A stretch of 64,000 bases of DNA, taken from NCBI GenBank assembly GCA_963741945.1, contig CAVUKA010000001.1:800001-864000 (forward strand). Direction: 5' to 3'. The notes below the pieces were generated by a model that was not told the origin of the DNA, ran no database searches, and worked only from the letters and a program-made list of their open reading frames with translations. A program made the position numbers and the translations under genes. Source of the DNA: an uncultured Gemmatimonadales bacterium (GTDB lineage Bacteria > Gemmatimonadota > Gemmatimonadetes > Longimicrobiales > RSA9). How positions within the stretch are numbered: the first letter of the stretch is position 1; the number at the start of each line of letters is the position of its first letter. Below, piece after piece: positions 57,865 to 64,000 of the stretch.

Positions 57865-59295
57865 CTACATCCCGATCCAGATCCCGACCAGGATGGACAC
57901 GATCCCCAGGGCGACGAGCATGGCCCACATGCGGAGCGCGAAGGCGAGCCAGCGGTCGTAACGGACGCCGGCGGCGGCGATGACGGCCATGAGCGCGCCG
58001 TTGGTGGGGGTGATCATGTCGCACAGCCCGGCGCCGTACTGGTAGGCGAGGATGCCGACATCGCGGGAGAGGCCGAGGAGGTCGGCGAGGGGGGCGAGGA
58101 TCGGCATGGTGAGGACGGCCTGGCCGCTCACGCTGGGGACGGGGACGTGGATGGCGGTGTGGACGCCCACCATGCCGATGGCGGCGAGCGCGGGCGGGAG
58201 CCCCTGGATCGGCTGAAAGAGGCCGTGGACGATGGTGTCGATGACGTGGCCGTCGTCCAGCACGACGAAAATGGCGCGGGCGAAGCCGATGAGGATGGCG
58301 GCGAACGCCATGGCGCGGAATCCGTCGATGAACGCGTCCGCCGTCCCGCCCACGCCGAGCCGGCCCACCAGCCCGGCCACCACACCCAGGAGGAGGAAGA
58401 GCGCGGACATCTCGTTGAAGCCCCAGTCCAGCCGCATGACGCCGATCACGTACACGCCGAACGCCGCCACGGCCAGCGCCAGGATCAGGGCGTGGGCACC
58501 GGTCATCCGGATATCGGGCTGCGGAGCGACGCCGGGCGACGCCAGCTCCGGGGTGACGCCGGGCCGGGCCGGCTGCGGGGCCTGCAGCGGGGCGACGCCG
58601 GGCGGGGTCGGCTGCGGCGCGGTGCGGGTTCGCCGGGCGTAGCGGGCGGTGCCCCAGCTGTAGAGCGCGAGGGCCACCACTACGAAGGCGGTCCGGAACC
58701 CGGCGTGCTCGAGGAGCGGCACGCCGGCGATCTTCTGGGCGATCCCCACCTGGAACGGGTTGATGGGGCTGAACGCCGCGCCCACGGCGGCGGCGCCGAG
58801 GGAGATGGCCACGGCCACCACGGTGTCGAAGCCGAGGCGGTGGGTGAGGAGGAGGAGCACGGGCACCAGCGCGATGAACTCCTCCTGCATGTTCTCCAGC
58901 GCCCCGGCGGTGCCGAAGGCGAAGCACGCGATGGGGATGATGAGCAGCTCGTGGCGTCCCAGGACGCGGACCAGCCGGTCGAAGCCGCCGTGGAGCGCGC
59001 CCGTCCGGTCGATGACGGTGAACGCGCCGCCCACCAGGAAGACCAGGAAGATGACTTCGCCCGCGTCCTCCATCCCGCGCGGCAGGGCGACGATGGTCTC
59101 GAACGGCCCCACGGGGCTGGAGGCCACGCGGTGGTAGCTGCCGCTCACCACCACCTCGCGCCCCGTCGCCGGGTCGGGCTGCCGGTCGTACGCGCCGGCC
59201 GGCAGCACCCACGTGAGGACTGCGGCCAGCACGACGCCCGCGAAGAGCAGGACGAGGGGATTCGGGAATCGTTTCAGGGGGGTGTCTCCGGCCAC
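57865..59295 (-). CDS. YfcC family transporter (C4-dicarboxylate anaerobic carrier / Arg-Orn antiporter-like)
   Basis: LTWVLPAG.YDR, SPINPFQVGIAQ.IAGVP, PS.SGQAVLTMPILAPLAD, AYQYG.G....ITPT. Confidence 0.88.
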   Translation of the reverse strand: MAGDTPLKRFPNPLVLLFAGVVLAAVLTWVLPAGAYDRQPDPATGREVVVSGSYHRVASSPVGPFETIVALPRGMEDAGEVIFLVFLVGGAFTVIDRTGALHGGFDRLVRVLGRHELLIIPIACFAFGTAGALENMQEEFIALVPVLLLLTHRLGFDTVVAVAISLGAAAVGAAFSPINPFQVGIAQKIAGVPLLEHAGFRTAFVVVALALYSWGTARYARRTRTAPQPTPPGVAPLQAPQPARPGVTPELASPGVAPQPDIRMTGAHALILALAVAAFGVYVIGVMRLDWGFNEMSALFLLLGVVAGLVGRLGVGGTADAFIDGFRAMAFAAILIGFARAIFVVLDDGHVIDTIVHGLFQPIQGLPPALAAIGMVGVHTAIHVPVPSVSGQAVLTMPILAPLADLLGLSRDVGILAYQYGAGLCDMITPTNGALMAVIAAAGVRYDRWLAFALRMWAMLVALGIVSILVGIWIGM

Positions 59296-59419
59296 GGGTC
59301 AGGGCGCCCGCCCACCGGATGCACGACGGGGGCCATGTCGGCCCCCGCCCCCACCCGTCCGCGCCACTCGGGCAATCGCCATCGGCAGAACTGCGGAGCG
59401 CCTGCGCCCCGCGACCGCG

Positions 59420-60268
59420 TCAGCCGCGGGTCACGGTCACGCCGCCGTTCGTGGTGATGGCGCGGATGAGCGGTCCGCCGTTGCCCAGCTCGGTGCGGAT
59501 GCGGCGGTGGACCCGCCCCTGCACCGTGACCGGGAAGTCGAGACGCATCGATCCGTTGACGGTGCCCGTCTCCAGCTCGGCGGAGTAGCCATCGGGGACG
59601 GCGATGCGAACGCCGCCGTTCGTGGTGCGGAGGTCGACGCCCTCGCCCTGCCAGGCGTCGCCCGTGAGCTCCACCCGGACGCCGCCGTTCACGGTCTCGC
59701 CGTGGATGCGGCCGCTGCCGCCCACCACGGTGAGGCCGCCGTTCGTGGTGCGGGCATCGACGTCGCCGGCAAGGCGCTCGAGCGCGATGCCGCCGTTCCG
59801 GGCCGCGAGCCGCAGCGCGGTGGCCCGGGGCACCATGAGGTCGTAGCTGACCCACCAGCCGCGGCCGCTCCCGCGCATGGGCGGGCCGTCCGCGCGGATC
59901 ACCTCGCCCGTCATGATCCGGATCTCCCGGGCCAGGTCGCGCGGGTCGTCGCGGCGGTCGCGGGCGCCCACCCGGGCGCGCAGCCGGATCTCGTCGCGGT
60001 CCCACCCCTCGACGCGGATCCCGCCGTTCGGCCCGGCGTCCACCGAGATGGAGGACAGCGCGGGGAGCGTGTACTCGCGGATCTCGCAGTACCGGTCGCG
60101 GTCGTCGTGTCCGGAGTCGCAGGCCACGGCCTCCACCCGGTCGGGCGCGGCCTGGGCATGGACGGCGCCCGGAACCAGGGCGAGGAGGAGGAACGGGTAC
60201 TTCAGCGCGGCTGGCCGCATCGCGGACGGTCTCCTGTCGGAAGTGAGCGTTGTCACTTCCATAGACAC
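59420..60268 (-). CDS. DUF4097 beta-strand repeat (adhesin-like) exported protein
   Basis: Repeated T.NGG(I/V) motifs; V.GWDR.EI; signal peptide; start uncertain. Confidence 0.75.
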   Translation of the reverse strand: MSMEVTTLTSDRRPSAMRPAALKYPFLLLALVPGAVHAQAAPDRVEAVACDSGHDDRDRYCEIREYTLPALSSISVDAGPNGGIRVEGWDRDEIRLRARVGARDRRDDPRDLAREIRIMTGEVIRADGPPMRGSGRGWWVSYDLMVPRATALRLAARNGGIALERLAGDVDARTTNGGLTVVGGSGRIHGETVNGGVRVELTGDAWQGEGVDLRTTNGGVRIAVPDGYSAELETGTVNGSMRLDFPVTVQGRVHRRIRTELGNGGPLIRAITTNGGVTVTRG

Positions 60269-60480
60269 TACGAATCGCTCAAGGGTTGGATACGGGCGCG
60301 AGGGCCGGGTGGCGCTTCGATCCGGCGACCTGCGAGCGACGCCGGGGCAGCCTCGTCACTGCGCCCGGCGTCCTCATCCGGTCACCAGCCCGGCGTCAGG
60401 CGGCGACCATCGCTGTGCACTGCGCCACCACCCGCCAACACCACCACCCGCCGACCCGACCACCCGCTACCGCGAACCGC

Positions 60481-63048
60481 TCACCCGCACTCGGAGTAGC
60501 CGCAGCTCAGGCACTTCACGCACCCCTCCGCGAACTGGAGGTCGGAGCTGCACTCGGGGCAGGTGCCGAGGAAGGAGTCGCCCGGGTCGTAATAGTCCAG
60601 ATTGGCCTGGAGCTGCGACTGCGTGGCCGCGGGCGGCGCCACCCTGGGCGCGATCACGGGGTTCTTCCGCGCGCCCGCGGTCCCGATCGGGAGCTCCTCC
60701 TGGATCCCCTCCTTCTCCATCATGTGGGCCTGGAGCACCTGCCCGATGGCGTCGGGGACGCTGAGCACCTTGTTCGGCCCGATGCCCACCGCGCGGTCAC
60801 AGGAGATGCCGCGCAGCTGATTGATCACGTCCAGCATCGGGATCCCGCTGCGCAGCGCCAGCGAGATGAGCCGGCCGATGGCCTCGGCGTCGGCCATGGC
60901 CGCGCCGCCGGCCTTGCCCAGCGTCGTGAAGACTTCGAACGGCTTCCCGTCCTCGTCCTCGTTGACCGTGACGTACATGTCGCCCAGCGGGCTCCGCATC
61001 TTGCGCGTGGTGCCCGTGAGCACGTCGGGCCGCTTGCGCTTGTGCAACCGCTTCTGGTGCTTGATCTCCAGCTCCTGCAGCCTCGCCCGCACTGCGTCCA
61101 TCTCCTGGTTCAGCCGGTGGTTCTCCTCGCGCGCGTCCGCCAGCGCCGCCTCGAGGTCGGCGGTCTTCTGCGACTTCGGCCCGCCCGCGCCCGCGGCCGC
61201 CGCTTCCTTCCCCGTCTTCCCCGTGCTCAGCACCTGCATGGGACGGGAGCCGTCCCGGTAGACGGTCACGCCCTTGCACCGCAGCGCGTGCGCCTTGAGG
61301 TAGATCTCCCGCACGTCGTCTTCCGTGGCATCCTGCGGGAAGTTGCACGTCTTGCTGATGGCGCTGTCCGTACGCTCCTGGAAGGCCGCCTGCATCCGGA
61401 TGTGCCAGTCGGGCGTGACGTCGTGCGAAGTGACGAAGAGGCGCTGGACGTCGGCCGGGACATCGTCGAAGTGGATGTGCCCCTCCTCGGCAATGCGCTC
61501 CATGAGCTCGTCGCTGTACCAGCCGTCCGATTTCGCCATGCGGACGAAGTCCCGGTTCACGTCCGGCATGAGCGCGCCCGCCTGGTTGCGCATGAACGCC
61601 ACGGCGAAGAGCGGCTCGATCCCGCCGGAGCAATCGGCGAAGATGGAGATCGTGCCCGTGGGGGCCACTGTGGTGATGTTGGAGTTGCGCAGCTTCCGCA
61701 TCGGCCGAACGCGCTCCCCGTCCACCCTCGCCGCCGTCCTGTCCGGCCCCCAGATGCTCTTCTTCCACGCCGGGAACGTGCCGCGCGTCTCCGCCAGCCT
61801 CTCCGACGCGTTCCTCGCCTCCTCCTCCACGAAGCCCATGACCGTGCGGGCCAGGGCGATGGCCTCGTCGCTGTCGTAGGGAACACCCACGCGGATGAGC
61901 AGGTCGGCCCACCCCATGATGCCGAGGCCGATGCGACGGATCTTCTTCGCCAGCGCGTCGATCTCGGCGAGCGGGTAGTTGTTCGCGTCGATGACGTTGT
62001 CCAGGAAGTGCGTGGCCAGGTGGACGGTGTTGCGGAACGCTTCCCAGTCGATGCGCTCGTCCATGGAGGCATCCGCGGGGGCATCCGTGCGCGCGAACAT
62101 CCCCACGTTCACGCTTCCGAGGTTGCACACGTCGTACGCCAGCAGCGGCTGCTCGCCGCACGGGTTCGTCGCCTCGTAGCTGCCCAGCTCCGGCACCGGG
62201 TTGTACCGGTTCGCCTCGTCGATGAAGAAGACGCCCGGCTCCCCCGTGGCCCACGCCCCGTGGATGATCAGGTCGAAGATCTCGTTCGCGTCCTCCGTCC
62301 CCACCACCTCGCCGCTGCGCGGGCTCTTCAGCTCGTACCGCTCACCCGCCTTCACCGCCTCCATGAAGGCGTCCGTGATGGCCACGCTGATGTTGAAGTT
62401 CGTCACCTGCGTCACGTCGCTCTTGCACGTGATGAACTCCCGGATGTCCGGGTGGTCCACGCGCAGGATCCCCATGTTCGCCCCCCGCCGCGTGCCTCCC
62501 TGCTTCACCACTTCCGTCGAGCCGTCGTACAGCTTCATGAAGCTCACCGGGCCGCTCGCCACCCCCATGGTCGACTTCACCACGTCGTTCTTCGGACGCA
62601 GGCGGCTGAACGCGAACCCCGTCCCGCCCCCGCTCTGGTGCACCAGCGCCATCGCCCGCAGCGTGTCGTAGATCCCGTCCTTGCCGTTCGACAGCGAGTC
62701 CGACACCGGAAGCACGAAGCACGCGCTCAGCTGACCCAGCGGACGACCCGCGTTCATCAGCGTGGGCGAGTTCGGCTCGAACAGACGCGTGGCCATGAGC
62801 CGGTAGAATTCGCGCGCCAGCGCGTCGATCGCGCCATTGCTCGCGCCGTAGGCCCGATCCGCCTCCGCCACCGTGCGCGCCACGCGCCAGAACATCTGCT
62901 CCGGCTCCTCGATCGGCTCACCTTCCTCGTTCTTCTTGAGGTAGCGCTTCGCCATGATGATCCGGGCATTCTCGCTCAGGTCCGCCGACGGCAGGTCCTC
63001 CGGCAGGACATCGGCGGGGTTCGGAGAGTGGGCGGGCTGCTGCGTCAT
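60481..63048 (-). CDS. nrdJ: Vitamin B12-dependent (class II) ribonucleotide reductase with C-terminal TSCPD/zinc-ribbon domain
   Basis: PNSPTLMNAG, QLSACFVL, GGTRRGANM, TNPCGEQPL, APTGTIS, SAISKT.N, KGVTVYRDGSR, C-terminal CPEC...EGC.KC..CGYSEC. Confidence 0.95.
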   Translation of the reverse strand: MTQQPAHSPNPADVLPEDLPSADLSENARIIMAKRYLKKNEEGEPIEEPEQMFWRVARTVAEADRAYGASNGAIDALAREFYRLMATRLFEPNSPTLMNAGRPLGQLSACFVLPVSDSLSNGKDGIYDTLRAMALVHQSGGGTGFAFSRLRPKNDVVKSTMGVASGPVSFMKLYDGSTEVVKQGGTRRGANMGILRVDHPDIREFITCKSDVTQVTNFNISVAITDAFMEAVKAGERYELKSPRSGEVVGTEDANEIFDLIIHGAWATGEPGVFFIDEANRYNPVPELGSYEATNPCGEQPLLAYDVCNLGSVNVGMFARTDAPADASMDERIDWEAFRNTVHLATHFLDNVIDANNYPLAEIDALAKKIRRIGLGIMGWADLLIRVGVPYDSDEAIALARTVMGFVEEEARNASERLAETRGTFPAWKKSIWGPDRTAARVDGERVRPMRKLRNSNITTVAPTGTISIFADCSGGIEPLFAVAFMRNQAGALMPDVNRDFVRMAKSDGWYSDELMERIAEEGHIHFDDVPADVQRLFVTSHDVTPDWHIRMQAAFQERTDSAISKTCNFPQDATEDDVREIYLKAHALRCKGVTVYRDGSRPMQVLSTGKTGKEAAAAGAGGPKSQKTADLEAALADAREENHRLNQEMDAVRARLQELEIKHQKRLHKRKRPDVLTGTTRKMRSPLGDMYVTVNEDEDGKPFEVFTTLGKAGGAAMADAEAIGRLISLALRSGIPMLDVINQLRGISCDRAVGIGPNKVLSVPDAIGQVLQAHMMEKEGIQEELPIGTAGARKNPVIAPRVAPPAATQSQLQANLDYYDPGDSFLGTCPECSSDLQFAEGCVKCLSCGYSECG

Positions 63049-63171
63049 GATGTCCTCTGTGACATTTGCGTGCGGCTGCGTGGAAAACTCTGTATGTCCA
63101 AGAGAGTGGCCCCGATGCTCGGCCACCGCTTCCAGCAGGAGTAGCGCCGGGGCTCCTCGGCGCCGTGGAAT

Positions 63172-63218
63172 GCCCCACATGTTGTGCGGGGATTCCAGTA
63201 TGCCACCATATGTTGTGG
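63172..63218. promoter_or_regulatory. Tandem NrdR boxes
   Basis: GCCCCACATGTTGTGC (63172-63187) and CCACCATATGTTGTGG (63203-63218) fit acaCwAtATaTwGtgt; starts 31 bp apart, upstream of nrdJ. Confidence 0.85.
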
Positions 63219-63225
63219 TTGTCAA
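63197..63225 (-). promoter_or_regulatory. Sigma70 promoter of nrdJ
   Basis: Minus strand TTGACA-N17-CATACT with TGn extension; the spacer is occupied by an NrdR box. Confidence 0.75.
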
Positions 63226-63449
63226 GCGTCCGTTTGTGCACACTCTTATACACCGGAGAGGGCGCTGATTTCCATGGATTTGCGCGGGTTTTCAACAGAT
63301 TCAACACCCGTGGATTCCACCAGGATGTGGAGGAAGGGACGGGAACCCGGCGCCGGCCGGCGACCCGGCCGCGCCGGGCAGATCCGGCAGGCGGCGGGCC
63401 CGGCGCGGGTCACGGGTCCGGCGAGCGATCGAGGACGGGCGACGCAGGG

Positions 63450-63956
63450 CTAGAGGTCGGGTTCGTTCTCCCGGGCTTCCCGCTCGCGCCTCCGTACGAC
63501 CTCATCCTGCTGCTCCCGCTCGCTGGCCTCCATGGGCTTGCGGCCCATCTCCTCGCGGTCCCGGCGCTGGCGCTCCTTCACCTGGTCGCGGTCGCGCGGG
63601 TGGGCCTTCTGTCGACGCTCGACTTCTTCGGGCGACACGGGCTCCTCGATGTCGCGGCGGCGCTCGGCATCGGCGCGCACTTCGCGGGTGTGGGCCTCGT
63701 CCTCCTCTCGATCGCGACCCTCGCCGCCCTCACGATCGTGGGCGCGCCGGGCGCGCTCCAGCTCTTGCTCGCGACCTTTCTGCGACGCCTGGCGGGAGGC
63801 TTCCATGGCCTCATTGGGCGTCTGTGTGGTCTGCTGGTTTGCCGGGAGCCCGTCGGGCGACTCACGGCGGTTGGCTTCCTCCGACTGGCGCCTGGACTTG
63901 TAGTCCGTGGCCCCCGTTTCACTGGGATCGAGCTGGTACTGGTCTGGGCGCTTCAT
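63450..63956 (-). CDS. Hypothetical highly charged low-complexity protein
   Basis: 168-aa ORF rich in E/R/Q; AAAGG RBS. Confidence 0.6.
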   Translation of the reverse strand: MKRPDQYQLDPSETGATDYKSRRQSEEANRRESPDGLPANQQTTQTPNEAMEASRQASQKGREQELERARRAHDREGGEGRDREEDEAHTREVRADAERRRDIEEPVSPEEVERRQKAHPRDRDQVKERQRRDREEMGRKPMEASEREQQDEVVRRREREARENEPDL

Positions 63957-64000
63957 GGAGACCTTTCCGGTTGTCTATGGAAACATAAGTCCTTGACTTG

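Noticed and set aside
3342-63144. Many long antisense or alternate-frame ORFs (e.g. 3342-6113, 13369-16854, 17255-20587, 24344-27586, 60286-63144)
   Set aside because: These are shadow ORFs of high-GC genes with no recognisable motifs.
63049-63243. Cobalamin riboswitch or N-terminal extension of nrdJ
   Set aside because: No B12-box motifs are visible; the region holds the promoter and NrdR boxes, so the ORF-track start at 63243 is too far upstream.

Overview
This is a GC-rich bacterial window; gene content suggests Gemmatimonadota or similar (inference). Positions 1-45.7 kb and 57.8-64 kb are mostly housekeeping or nutrient-scavenging genes: peptidases M3/M1/M20/S8, GH20, adenine deaminase, APC permease, MltF, YfcC, and nrdJ with tandem NrdR boxes. 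The standout is an ~12 kb integron-like gene-cassette platform at ~45.9-57.8 kb that departs from canonical integrons. Its intact tyrosine recombinase lacks the IntI-specific insertion, carries an extra N-terminal HARP-like domain, and is co-oriented with the cassettes. Downstream lie a GTATAAC-N6-GTTATAC attI-like site and six intact 150-155 bp attC-like sites, plus one split and two decayed copies. The intact sites fold into a branched hairpin (7x4 internal loop, covarying stems, invariant 28-nt side arm usually capped by a cGNAg triloop). Each cassette is bounded by its own 10-19 bp inverted repeat, as expected for excisable units. Cargo includes three toxin-antitoxin pairs, an ORF-less cassette and small hypothetical proteins. 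An intact IS21 interrupts one cassette gene. A decayed IS110 sits inside an att site, and its 3' non-coding end contains short matches to both the att target and its own end (candidate bridge RNA).
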